This document shows positions 31,182 to 41,077 of a DNA stretch of 64,000 nt, one piece after another. Origin of the DNA: a bacterium (GTDB lineage: Bacteria; UBA8248; JACPRG01; G963555815); NCBI GenBank assembly GCA_965218795.1, contig OZ244653.1:3904001-3968000 (forward strand), in the 5' to 3' direction. The position numbers and the translations under genes were made by a program. Below the pieces are notes generated by a model. It was not told where the DNA came from. It saw only the letters and a program-made list of their open reading frames with translations, and made no database searches. Positions within the stretch are counted from its first letter, which is position 1; each line of letters opens with the position of its first letter.

Positions 31182-32396
31182 TTGAGAGCGCTTGCGTTGC
31201 TTGTTGCCGTGCCGTTGCTTTTGGCGGTGACCGCCGGCGACGCCGTTTCGGAAGCCGAAGAGCCGGAGGCGCAACCAGGCCTGTCCGTGACCCCTGAAAC
31301 GCCGGGCGTCGGTCCATCGGCAGTGCGCTTTGGTCAATCGTGTGCGCTCAGCGGCCCTGCGAAGGCGCTGGGAGAAGGGATGCGCCTGGGGATCCTGGCG
31401 GCATTCGACGAGGTGAATCGCGCCGGCGGCGTACACGGCCGCCGACTGCGCCTGACCACGCTCGATGACCGCTACGAACCCGAGGCGGCCATCGTGAACA
31501 CGCGCAGACTGATCGAACAGGAAAAGGTTTTCGGGCTGATCGGCGCGGTGGGCACTCCGACGTCGAAAGCGGCCGAGCCGATCGCGACCGAAGGGGGCGT
31601 CTTCTACCTCGGAGCCTTCACCGGGGCGGAGTTTCTGCGCGACGCGCTCCGACGCCCGATGGTGATCAACGTGCGCGCATCCTATTATCAAGAGACCGAA
31701 GAGATGGTCGCGCGCCTGACCGAGGATCTCGGCGTGAAGCGCGTCGGAATCCTTTACCAAGACGACTCGTACGGTCGCGCGGGGCTGGCGGGCACGCAAC
31801 AGGCGCTCGGCAGACGCGATATGAAGCTGGCAGCCGAGGCCACCTATCCGCGCAACACGGCGGCGGTGAAGACCGCCGTGCTCGACCTCAGACTCGGCCA
31901 GCCCGAGGCGATCATTATCGTGGGCGCTTACGCGCCCGTCGCGACCTTCATCCAGTGGTGTCGTTACCTTGGCTTCAATCCCATTTTCGTGAACATCTCG
32001 TTCGTCGGCAGTTCGGCGTTGGCGAAAGCCCTCGGCCCCGAGGGCAAAGGGGTCATCGTCACCCAGGTCGTACCCTTTCCCCACGACAGCCGGACCTCTG
32101 TCGTGGCGCAATACCAGGAGGCGCTTCACGCCCTCGCTCCCAGCGCAATGCCCGGTTTCGTCTCGCTGGAGGGTTATCTGGCGGGTCGGGTGGCCATCGA
32201 GGCGCTGCGCCGGGCGGGACCGACTCCGACCCGCGAGGGTTTCGTTTCCGCCCTTCAGAGGGCCGGGCCGATCGATATCGGTGGGTTCGAACTGCGCTAC
32301 GGGAAATCCGACAACCAGGGATCCGACCGAGTGTACCTGACGGTGATCGATGACTCGGAGCGGTTCCGTTCTATCAGACGCCTGGAGCGACGTTGA
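31182..32396 (+). CDS. LivK-like (branched-chain amino acid type) periplasmic binding protein
   Basis: Signal peptide; GQSCALSGPA, VNRAGGVHGR, DDRYEP, VGTPT, RASYYQE and SLEGY. Confidence 0.85.
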   Translation: MRALALLVAVPLLLAVTAGDAVSEAEEPEAQPGLSVTPETPGVGPSAVRFGQSCALSGPAKALGEGMRLGILAAFDEVNRAGGVHGRRLRLTTLDDRYEPEAAIVNTRRLIEQEKVFGLIGAVGTPTSKAAEPIATEGGVFYLGAFTGAEFLRDALRRPMVINVRASYYQETEEMVARLTEDLGVKRVGILYQDDSYGRAGLAGTQQALGRRDMKLAAEATYPRNTAAVKTAVLDLRLGQPEAIIIVGAYAPVATFIQWCRYLGFNPIFVNISFVGSSALAKALGPEGKGVIVTQVVPFPHDSRTSVVAQYQEALHALAPSAMPGFVSLEGYLAGRVAIEALRRAGPTPTREGFVSALQRAGPIDIGGFELRYGKSDNQGSDRVYLTVIDDSERFRSIRRLERR

Positions 32397-34555
32397 GGTT
32401 CGGAGACTTTCTGAAGGGTCTTCGCGGCCGGAGGATCGGCCTCGGCCCCAAGATCCACGCTGGACTCGGTGTCGGGGTGACGTTGATGCTCGCGGCCAGC
32501 GTGGTCGCCCTGCTGTCCTTCCGAGCCGTGCGCGATTCGCAGCGCCGCATCATCGAAGAGAGTGTGCCGAGCCTGACGGCGGCCATCCGAGCCGCGCAGC
32601 AGGGTTCGGCCCTGGTCAACGCCGCTCCTCGCTTGATCTCTGCCTCGTCCAACGAAGAACTCGAGAAGATCAAGGCGGCGGTCGCGACCGACAAGGAGCT
32701 TCTGTACAGCCTCATCGAGGATCTCCGGGAGCTCGACTCTCTGGAAGAACAGGCCCGTGCGCTCCGGTCGATCTCCGACGATCTGACCGCGACGCTGGAG
32801 AACATCGAGGCGTCCACTTCGCGGCGGCGCGAGATGGAGCGACGCCTGCAAACCCGCGAGGAAGAAATCCCGGCCATGACCCGGCAGATCGACCGTATCC
32901 TGGGGCCCGAGATCGACGACCAGGCGTTCTTTCTCGCCACGGGACTTCGGGAGCTCGGAGACCGACCCGTGCAGATCGCCGAGCGGACGTCGTACGAGGA
33001 GTTGCTGCGTTATCGAAATCTGCTGACCTTGCACACCCAGGCGAATCTTGCCGCTCGGTTGCTCGCGGAAGCCGGGGTCGTGAACGACCGGGATTTGATC
33101 CAGCCGCTCCGGGAGCGCTACAACGCCGCTATCGGATCCTTTGATCGCGCGTTTCGCTCCGCGCACCGACCCGCCCTGACTCAGTTACTGGGCCTGGAAT
33201 TCGCGCGCCTCAAAGCGCTGGGCGACGGCTCCTCCGAAGGGATCTTCGGCCTGCAGGAGGGCATCTTGAGGGAAGCGGAACTGCAGGAGCGGTACGTCGA
33301 AGAAAACCGGGCGGCCGCGACCCGCCTGCTGACGGCGATGGATCGGGTGGTGGTCGTGACCGACATCCTGGCGACCGAGGCCGGCAACGCCTCCGAGTCG
33401 GCGGTGAACACCGGCATGCTGTTGCTGCTGGTGCTCAACATCATCAACATCACCGTAGGGATTCTGATTGGCTGGCTCTTCGTGGGCCGCCACTTGGTCC
33501 GACGCCTGACCGGGTTAGCCGCTTCCATGCGTTCGATGGCGGACGGAAACCTCGAGGTTCCGGTCACGGTTCGGGGCAACGATGAGGTGACCGACATGGC
33601 CGAAGCGCTGGAAGTGTTCCGGCGCCACGCCCTCGAGGTGCAACGCCTCAATCTGGTCGAGAAACTCGCGGATGAGCTGAAGGGGAAAAACAAGGAGCTG
33701 GAACAGACGCTCGAGGATCTGAAGACGGCGCAGGCCCAAGTGATCGTCCAGGAGAAGCTCGCCTCTCTGGGGCAGCTCACCGCGGGCATCGCGCACGAGA
33801 TCAAGAACCCTCTCAACTTCGTGAACAACTTCTCCGAGGTCTCAAGCGAATTGATCGAGGAAGTCCGCGAAGTGCTTACGGAAGCGGGTGACGGCCTTCC
33901 CGAAGAAGCGCGGGAGGAGATCGGCGAGATTCTCAACGACTTGAACGGCAATCTCGAAAGGATCAGGCAACACGGCGGGCGCGCCGACGGCATCGTGCGC
34001 AGCATGCTCGAGCACTCGCGCGGCCAGTCCGGCGAGCGGCGGCCTGTCGATCTGAACGCGATGGTCAAGCAGTACGCGGGGCTCGCCTACCATTCCATGC
34101 GTGCAGCCGACCAGATGTTCAACGTGGCGTGGGAAGAAGACTTCGACCCCGAGGTGGGCGAGATCGAAGTCATTCCTCAGGATATGAGCCGCGTTTTCCT
34201 CAATTTGATCACCAACGCCTGCCAGGCGACGGCCGAACGGTTCGCGAAATCCGCCGGCGATTACGAGCCCCACATCCGGCTGTCGAGCCGGCGGCTGGGA
34301 GACCAGGTGGAGTTCCGGGTTCGAGACAACGGACCCGGTATTCCGGACGATGTGGTTTCGAAGATTTTTGAACCTTTTGTCACCACGAAACCCGCAGGGG
34401 AGGGGACCGGACTCGGGCTGTCGCTGTCTCAAGACATCATTGCCCAGCACGGCGGGGCAATCGGCGTCGAAACCGAGCCAGGCTCGTTCACGGAGTTCTG
34501 CGTGACCATTCCCGTCGAATCCCCTGGCGTCGGCGCGACAACCCGCGCTCTGTGA
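32393..34555 (+). CDS. Membrane sensor histidine kinase (TorS-like periplasmic domain, HAMP, HisKA, HATPase)
   Basis: Two TM helices flank a long helical periplasmic region; HAMP GNDEVTDMA, H-box IAHEIKNPL, NLITNA, DNGPGI and GTGLGLS. Confidence 0.9.
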   Translation: MRFGDFLKGLRGRRIGLGPKIHAGLGVGVTLMLAASVVALLSFRAVRDSQRRIIEESVPSLTAAIRAAQQGSALVNAAPRLISASSNEELEKIKAAVATDKELLYSLIEDLRELDSLEEQARALRSISDDLTATLENIEASTSRRREMERRLQTREEEIPAMTRQIDRILGPEIDDQAFFLATGLRELGDRPVQIAERTSYEELLRYRNLLTLHTQANLAARLLAEAGVVNDRDLIQPLRERYNAAIGSFDRAFRSAHRPALTQLLGLEFARLKALGDGSSEGIFGLQEGILREAELQERYVEENRAAATRLLTAMDRVVVVTDILATEAGNASESAVNTGMLLLLVLNIINITVGILIGWLFVGRHLVRRLTGLAASMRSMADGNLEVPVTVRGNDEVTDMAEALEVFRRHALEVQRLNLVEKLADELKGKNKELEQTLEDLKTAQAQVIVQEKLASLGQLTAGIAHEIKNPLNFVNNFSEVSSELIEEVREVLTEAGDGLPEEAREEIGEILNDLNGNLERIRQHGGRADGIVRSMLEHSRGQSGERRPVDLNAMVKQYAGLAYHSMRAADQMFNVAWEEDFDPEVGEIEVIPQDMSRVFLNLITNACQATAERFAKSAGDYEPHIRLSSRRLGDQVEFRVRDNGPGIPDDVVSKIFEPFVTTKPAGEGTGLGLSLSQDIIAQHGGAIGVETEPGSFTEFCVTIPVESPGVGATTRAL

Positions 34556-34730
34556 GCGCATTCGCCGGCACGCCGGGTGGAAGGACCCTGCGTGGATCAC
34601 CGCCCCTCGTCCGCCTTGCGCCGGCTCTTGTCATCCGGCGCATGGAGAAGGGGCGGCGCGCGATGGGGTATTGATTGATGCGCGCCCGGGTTGAGAATAT
34701 GCATCGACTCAACGCGAATGGGAGGCGGGC

Positions 34731-36245
34731 GTGAACAGGGGCGGGAACGAACCGGGGACATCCGGTCACGACGGCGTCGATCGCCCCGGGGCGGCGGCCG
34801 GAGGACTTCCCGCGGCGCTCGCAAGATACGACCTGGATCCGAACTTTTACGACGAAATGTTCGAACCGGACGGGAGCCCGCGCGAGGCGTCCCGGCGGCT
34901 GAGCGCGGCGCTGGCTGAACTGGCGCCCGAGGATCTCGCGAAGCTCCAGGACGGGGTCTACCGACGCTTTCTGTACGAAGGCATCACCTTCACGGTCCTC
35001 GGCGCGGACGAAGTCACCGAACAGATCATCCCGATCGACTGCGTTCCTCGACCGCTGAAGGCAGCGGAGTGGGACTACATCGAGCGCGGACTCAAGCAAC
35101 GCCTCGCCGCTCTCAACTTGTTCATCCGGGACGTCTACCATGAGGGCCGATCCCTGCGGGACAAGGTCATACCCGCCGATCTGGTGCTCGGCTGCCCGCA
35201 GTACCGCATCGAGATGCGCGGGATGGAGGTTCCGCACGACGTCTACGTCGCGGTCTGTGGAACCGACATCGTGCGCACGCACGATGGATTCGCGGTCCTC
35301 GAGGACAACTTGCGCGTCCCGTCCGGGGTGTCCTACATGCTCGCCTGCCGCAACGCGATGAAGAGCGCGTTCCCGAAGCAATACCGGGCGCACCGGGTGC
35401 GGGAAGTGGCCGATTACACCGAGCGCCTTTATTCCACGCTCGCTTCTCTCGGCCCCTCGTCTCGGAGCCCGCGTGTAGCGATATTGACCCCCGGCATGTA
35501 CAATTCCGCCTACTACGAACACGCCTTTCTCGCCGGCGAGATGGGCATCGATCTCGTGGAAGGGCGGGACTTGATCGTGCGCGACGCCGCGCTGTACGCG
35601 CGCACGACGGCCGGGCTTCGCCGTATTGACGTGCTCTACCGGCGCATTGACGATGACTTTCTCGATCCGGTGACATTTCAGAGCGATTCGGTCCTCGGGG
35701 CCGCGGGGATGTTCCACGCCTACCGCGCGGGCAACCTCGTGCTCGCCAACGCGCCGGGCACCGGGGTGGCCGATGACAAGAGCCTGTACGCCTACGTTCC
35801 GCGAATCATTCGTTACTTTCTCGGCGAAGAGCCGATCCTGGACAACGTCGAAACGCACCTTTGCCGGGAGCCCGAGGGATTGGCCTATACGCTCGAACAC
35901 CTGGACGAGTTGGTGGTCAAGGAAGTCGGCGGAGCGGGCGGCTACGGGATGCTGGTCGGGCCCCATGCCTCGGCCGCCGAGCGCGCGAAGTATGCCGAGC
36001 GGCTGCGCGCCGATCCGGCGAATTTCATTTCACAACCGGTGCTCGCCCTGTCTCGCGCTCCGTGCTTTGTTGACGGATCTCTCGAGCCGCGCCACGTGGA
36101 TCTTCGCCCCTTCGTGCTGCAGGGCCGCGACGGAGCGCATGTGGTTCCGGGCGGGTTCTGCCGGGTTGCGCTCCGCCGCGGCAGCCTCGTAGTGAATTCC
36201 AGCCAGGGGGGCGGCTGCAAGGACCTCTGGGTGGTGGACGGTTAG
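34731..36245 (+). CDS. Circularly permuted type 2 ATP-grasp protein
   Basis: GLKQRLAALNLF, VLEDNLRVPSGVSY, YNSAYYEH, DVLYRRIDDDFLDP, GTGVADDK, RHVDLRPF and VVNSSQGGGCKD. Confidence 0.92.
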   Translation: MNRGGNEPGTSGHDGVDRPGAAAGGLPAALARYDLDPNFYDEMFEPDGSPREASRRLSAALAELAPEDLAKLQDGVYRRFLYEGITFTVLGADEVTEQIIPIDCVPRPLKAAEWDYIERGLKQRLAALNLFIRDVYHEGRSLRDKVIPADLVLGCPQYRIEMRGMEVPHDVYVAVCGTDIVRTHDGFAVLEDNLRVPSGVSYMLACRNAMKSAFPKQYRAHRVREVADYTERLYSTLASLGPSSRSPRVAILTPGMYNSAYYEHAFLAGEMGIDLVEGRDLIVRDAALYARTTAGLRRIDVLYRRIDDDFLDPVTFQSDSVLGAAGMFHAYRAGNLVLANAPGTGVADDKSLYAYVPRIIRYFLGEEPILDNVETHLCREPEGLAYTLEHLDELVVKEVGGAGGYGMLVGPHASAAERAKYAERLRADPANFISQPVLALSRAPCFVDGSLEPRHVDLRPFVLQGRDGAHVVPGGFCRVALRRGSLVVNSSQGGGCKDLWVVDG

Positions 36246-36266
36246 TGGGGAGAGTGGGTTCGGGTC

Positions 36267-37250
36267 ATGCTGGCGCGCGTAGCTGCTGACTTTTACTGGA
36301 TGGGCCGCTATGTCGAACGCACCGAGCATACGGGGCGGCTTCTCCAGTATCAGCTCAACCGGCTCGTCGACCGTCCGGCCGATGAATTGGCCATCGAGTG
36401 GCGGGCGGTGTACCGAGCGCTCGGACAGTCTCCGCCCGGCGTGTCCGCGGATCCCGACGAAGCCGAGACCTACCTCATGGTCGATGCCTACACGCTCGCC
36501 GGCAGCCTTGTCGAAGAGGGTTCGAATCCGGCCTCGATGCTGTCGTGCTGGGAGCGGACGCGTGAAAACGCCCGGCACGTGCGACCGCAGCTCCCACTAC
36601 CGGTATGGACCTGTCTAAACCAGGGTTATCTCTGGATGCGGGACAGTGACTTCGCCGAAGCGTGGTCGAAAGGGCCGGCCGCGCTCGTGCGCGAGGCGAT
36701 CGACCGGCTGCGGCTGTTCGCCGGCGTAGTGGATGCGGTGATGTACCGGGACGACGCGTGGCGCTTCCTCGAACTCGGCCGTTTTGTGGAACGGACGCAA
36801 GCTCAGGCCGCGCTCCTCGACGCCTGGACCGAAATCGGTCGGGGGGATCAGGCCGCCTCGTCGCTTTCGTGGGCGGATCTGCTCCGTGTGTGCGGAGCGT
36901 ACGAAGTCTACTGCCGCAGCCGCTCGATGGAAGTTCACCGGGAAGCGGTGCTCCACCTTCTCATCCGGGACCCTGAGCTTCCCCGCTCGCTTCGCTTCGC
37001 GGTTCAGCGGATTGGCGAGATGCTTGCCGGTATCGACCCGGTGGGCGCCCGTTCCCCCCTCGCGCCGCCCCATCGAATGGCGCTGCGCCTTGCAGCGGCC
37101 ATCGAGGTTGAAACGACAGGGGCGCCCGCAGAAGGAGAAAGGGACTCGAGCGACTTCTTTCGCTCCATAGGGAATGACAGTCGGGCGCTCCACGATCTGA
37201 CGATGGCCGCCTATGTCGACTATTCGTTGGCGGAAGGGCTTCCGGCGTGA
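36267..37250 (+). CDS. Alpha-E domain protein (DUF403)
   Basis: MLARVAADFYWMGRYVERTE, a second ER motif LGRFVERT, and PRSLRF. Confidence 0.88.
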   Translation: MLARVAADFYWMGRYVERTEHTGRLLQYQLNRLVDRPADELAIEWRAVYRALGQSPPGVSADPDEAETYLMVDAYTLAGSLVEEGSNPASMLSCWERTRENARHVRPQLPLPVWTCLNQGYLWMRDSDFAEAWSKGPAALVREAIDRLRLFAGVVDAVMYRDDAWRFLELGRFVERTQAQAALLDAWTEIGRGDQAASSLSWADLLRVCGAYEVYCRSRSMEVHREAVLHLLIRDPELPRSLRFAVQRIGEMLAGIDPVGARSPLAPPHRMALRLAAAIEVETTGAPAEGERDSSDFFRSIGNDSRALHDLTMAAYVDYSLAEGLPA

Positions 37251-38146
37251 TCGCGCGCTACGCCATCGAGCACACCATCGGGTTCGACTATGCCGCGCCG
37301 GTGCACGCCTCGATGATGACGCTGTACCTGTGTCCGATCCGCGACCGCACCCAGGTCGTCCGGGCGTTTTCCGTTCACACCGATCCGGATGGTCCGCTGT
37401 TCGAATTCACTGATCCGTTCGACAACATCGGCCACTTCCTGGATCGTCCCCGCGCCCACGAGCGGCTCGGCATCGCGGCCCGGTCGACGGTGGAGGTCGG
37501 GCCGTTGGCGCCCGGGCCGGACCGGCTCGGCCCCGGCGGGTGGGAGGCCCTTCGCCGCGCCGTGGAAGCCCCGGATCTTTGGCTGATGACGCACCCGAGT
37601 CGCTTTGTTCGCTCCGCCCCGGCCCTGGAGAAGTTCATGGCGGCGCACGATCTTGGCCCAGGCGACGATCCGCTCGTGAGCGCGCGAGAGCTTTGCGCGA
37701 AGCTCTATCGGGCGTTTGAATACGTCCCGGGCAGCACCGAAGCCGACTCGTCGATCGAACGCATTCTCGAGACCGGCCAGGGGGTTTGCCAGGACTACGC
37801 GCACGTCATGGCTTCGATCCTGCGCGCCTGGGGGGTTCCATGCCGTTATGTGTCGGGCTATCTCGGGCCTCTCGCCGGCGGCGTGGCAAGAGGCGAGAGC
37901 CACGCCTGGGTGGAATGCTGGTTTCCCGGCATCGGGTGGATTGGGCTCGACCCGACCAATGACACCGAAGTGGACGAGCGCCATGTTCGGGTGGCGGTGG
38001 GTCGGGACTATGCCGATGTTCCGCCGGCCCGGGGCGTTTTCCGGGGAGACGCCGATTCCGCGCTGGAAGCCACCGTGGTCATGGAGCGGTCTCCGGAAAG
38101 CCCGGACCCGACGAACGGCGAGCCCGCGGGGGGTGACGCGCGATGA
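37247..38146 (+). CDS. Transglutaminase-family protein
   Basis: Catalytic triad in GVCQDYAH, SHAWVE and GLDPTN; RYVSGY and GRDYADVPP. Confidence 0.9.
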   Translation: MIARYAIEHTIGFDYAAPVHASMMTLYLCPIRDRTQVVRAFSVHTDPDGPLFEFTDPFDNIGHFLDRPRAHERLGIAARSTVEVGPLAPGPDRLGPGGWEALRRAVEAPDLWLMTHPSRFVRSAPALEKFMAAHDLGPGDDPLVSARELCAKLYRAFEYVPGSTEADSSIERILETGQGVCQDYAHVMASILRAWGVPCRYVSGYLGPLAGGVARGESHAWVECWFPGIGWIGLDPTNDTEVDERHVRVAVGRDYADVPPARGVFRGDADSALEATVVMERSPESPDPTNGEPAGGDAR

Positions 38147-38582
38147 CGTTCGCCTGCAAGGCGGCCGTCCGGCTCCCGCCGCAAGCGCATTAAGACAAGC
38201 CGCCGAGGGAGGGGGAGAAGCGGAACGACAAGACCCGTTTGGAGGTTCGTGCGCGCTTGGTTGAAGGGCAACGAGGAGGAGAGGAACGCGGGCAAAGACG
38301 TTGGACGGGCGCAGGCATGCCGCCGCCCCGAAACCCGTCGCATGATCCCGAACGATCTCTTGAACAGGCCGCCTGAATAGTGTAAAGGTTCCTGTTCTGT
38401 GGCGGACGAGGCAGTATCGGCATGAACGACCGCGACCGGTCTCAAATATCCGGTGTCACCCGCGGCCGCGAGGATGGGCCGTTATGGCCGGTCGATTGAC
38501 CAGCGTGGGACCCTTGACATACTTTAGGGCGCATCCGTCTTGAGGGCGTGCATCTGGATCAATGATGAACTCGGAGATAAGC

Positions 38583-39998
38583 ATGAACATCAATGGATAC
38601 GTACCAGGCGCTTGCGGTCACGGCGGCGTTGTTCGCCGCACGGTGGCAGCCGGAGGACTTCTCGCGGCATTCGGCCTCTTGTTGTTCGCGACCAACGCGA
38701 ATGCAGATGTCGGGGAAGAATCGAAATTCATACTGAACACCTTCTCGTTTCTCATCTGGGGAGCGCTCGTCATGTGGATGAGCGCGGGCTTCACCATGCT
38801 CGAAGCCGGCTCGGTGCGCACCAAGAACGTCTCCATGATCTGTCTCAAGAACGTTGGCCTCTATTCGATCGCGGGGCTCTGCTATTACTTCATCGGCTAC
38901 AACCTCATGTACGTCGATGTGGGCGGCTGGATCGGCAAGATCGCCTTCCTCTATGGCCCTTCGGCCGATGAAATCGCCTTGTTATCCGGCCAGGAAGGGG
39001 CGAAGGCGGCCGTCCTCGAGACCGGCTATTCCACCATGTCGGACTGGTTCTTTCAGATGGTCTTCGTAGCGACCGCCGCCTCGATTGTTTCCGGCACCCT
39101 GGCCGAGCGGGTGAAGTTCTGGTCGTTCTTTCTCTTCATCGCCGTGCTGACGGCCATCGTCTATCCAATCGTCGGCGCCTGGACGTGGGGCGGAGGGTGG
39201 CTCGGCGATTTGGGTTTCAAGGATTTCGCCGGCTCCACCATCGTGCACTCAACCGGCGGCTGGGCCGCGCTCGCGGGCGCGATCATCGTGGGGCCGAGAA
39301 GGGGCAAATTCCGGCGCGACGGCAGCGTCAAGCCCACGCCGCCCTCGAATATCCAGTCCGTAACCTTGGGCGTCTTCATCCTGTGGTTCGGGTGGTTCGG
39401 CTTCAACGGTGGATCGCAGCTCGCCCTGGCCGGCGCGATGGATGCGGTGGTGATAAGCCATCTGTTCGTGAATACCAATCTAGCCGGGGCCGCAGGGGTC
39501 CTGGCCGCCCTCATCACAGCACGCCCCATCCTCGGGCGGATCGATCTGCTCGCGGGTCTCAACGGCGCACTCGGGGGTCTCGTTGCGATTACGGCGGGAC
39601 CGGATATGGTTGACCACTATTGGGCGGTCATCATCGGCGGGATCGGCGGGGTCGTGTGCGTCGCGGGCATGAAGCTGTTGGATGCTCTGAAGGTGGATGA
39701 CGTGGTCGGCGCGATTCCGGTCCATCTGTTCGCCGGTATCTGGGGGACGCTTGCGGTGTGCATAACGTCCGACAGCCGCTTCGGCGTACAGATCATCGGG
39801 GTGCTCGCGGTGGGCGTGTTCGTGTTCGCGGTTTCGTGGCTCGTGTGGATGGTTCTGAAGAAGATTCTGGGGGTCCAGGTCTCGGACGCCGTCGAGGCGC
39901 TCGGTCAGGACGCGGCGGAGCTCGGGATCGAAGCCTATCCCGAGTTCATGCTCATGCCCGATCCGGACGACCTTGACGAACTCCGTGACGACGCCTGA
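38583..39998 (+). CDS. amtB: Ammonium transporter
   Basis: AGFTMLEAG, FFQMVF, DFAGSTIVH, WFGFNGGS and DDVVGAIPVH; the twin His residues are present. Confidence 0.93.
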   Translation: MNINGYVPGACGHGGVVRRTVAAGGLLAAFGLLLFATNANADVGEESKFILNTFSFLIWGALVMWMSAGFTMLEAGSVRTKNVSMICLKNVGLYSIAGLCYYFIGYNLMYVDVGGWIGKIAFLYGPSADEIALLSGQEGAKAAVLETGYSTMSDWFFQMVFVATAASIVSGTLAERVKFWSFFLFIAVLTAIVYPIVGAWTWGGGWLGDLGFKDFAGSTIVHSTGGWAALAGAIIVGPRRGKFRRDGSVKPTPPSNIQSVTLGVFILWFGWFGFNGGSQLALAGAMDAVVISHLFVNTNLAGAAGVLAALITARPILGRIDLLAGLNGALGGLVAITAGPDMVDHYWAVIIGGIGGVVCVAGMKLLDALKVDDVVGAIPVHLFAGIWGTLAVCITSDSRFGVQIIGVLAVGVFVFAVSWLVWMVLKKILGVQVSDAVEALGQDAAELGIEAYPEFMLMPDPDDLDELRDDA

Positions 39999-41077
39999 AC
40001 GGCGTCGCGCGCCGCATCTCAGCCCGCCGGCCCGGTCGAGGGACGGGCCTTGAGGTCCATACGCAACCGTGCCGCCGTTTCTCGCCGCGGGGAGGAGTCA
40101 TCCGGGAAATCCCGGATCCTGAGTTCTCTCGTTGACGCCCGGACGTCCAGTCGAAAAAGGGGAGGGCGGACCCGTGAGGAAGTGCACCTGATTTCCTCCT
40201 TGTGGTCATGTCGGGACCGGTAGGCGGTCGTGGCGGCGTTATAAGCAGGAGGCGGCGAGAACATCCGGCGGGGTCGTTTCTCTGCATCCGTGTTTCGTCG
40301 CCCGGCCGGATACGAAAGCGTGAGCGGCACGCGGCTGGCTTCCACCAGCAGGTTTGTAAAATCCAAGAAAATCAGAATGCTCCACGACCATCCTTTTTGT
40401 ACGCATTTGTGGTATCTTGGATCTAATGCCGCGTGAAGCGCGGCGCCGATTCTGGGGACACCCTACTGAATGATTGACTCTCGGATTGGTGCGCCCTCTG
40501 CTGAAACCATGCAGGGGCAGGCTCTCGATCATTCCTGTCCCCGAAGGCTTGAGTCGGGGGCGGGAATGACAGGGTGCGGCGGAAATCGTGAATCCGAAGC
40601 GCACCGACCCGCCGACCCGGCATCCTCGCACACCGCACGCCAGCACGTCGTATGTAGCCGATCGGAAATAGCGGAACAAATATCATTGCAAATAGCTTGG
40701 AAAAACGGCCGATTATCCGGCGTGAAATGGCCCGTAAATGGTCAGGAAAAGGGGCTGAAACAGACGGGCTTTGAACCCCTCCACTCGATTGCAGATTGAT
40801 CGGCCACGTCAGGCTTCCCCCCTCCAGGGTATCGCGTCAGCCGTGGCCCGATATATTGTGTCCCGACGACCGAACCGACGATGGGACGCCGGTTGACGCT
40901 TCCATCGCCACCGGCTCTCAGGCGCGCGCCCATGTTCTGTGCACCTCTCCATGAAGTGAACATAGAGCGAACGAATTTGACAGGGGCCATATTGCTACTT
41001 CCGGCTTCGAATGCCTCGTCAGTCGCGCTCCAATGTTGGAACAATGATTTCTACCGTGAGACAGCGACCGCGTACGG

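Noticed and set aside
40750-40790. tRNA-like GGGCTTTGAACCCCT as an att-site duplicate of tRNA-Ala
   Set aside because: Only a short T-arm-like match; no acceptor stem or CCA identity and no integrase.
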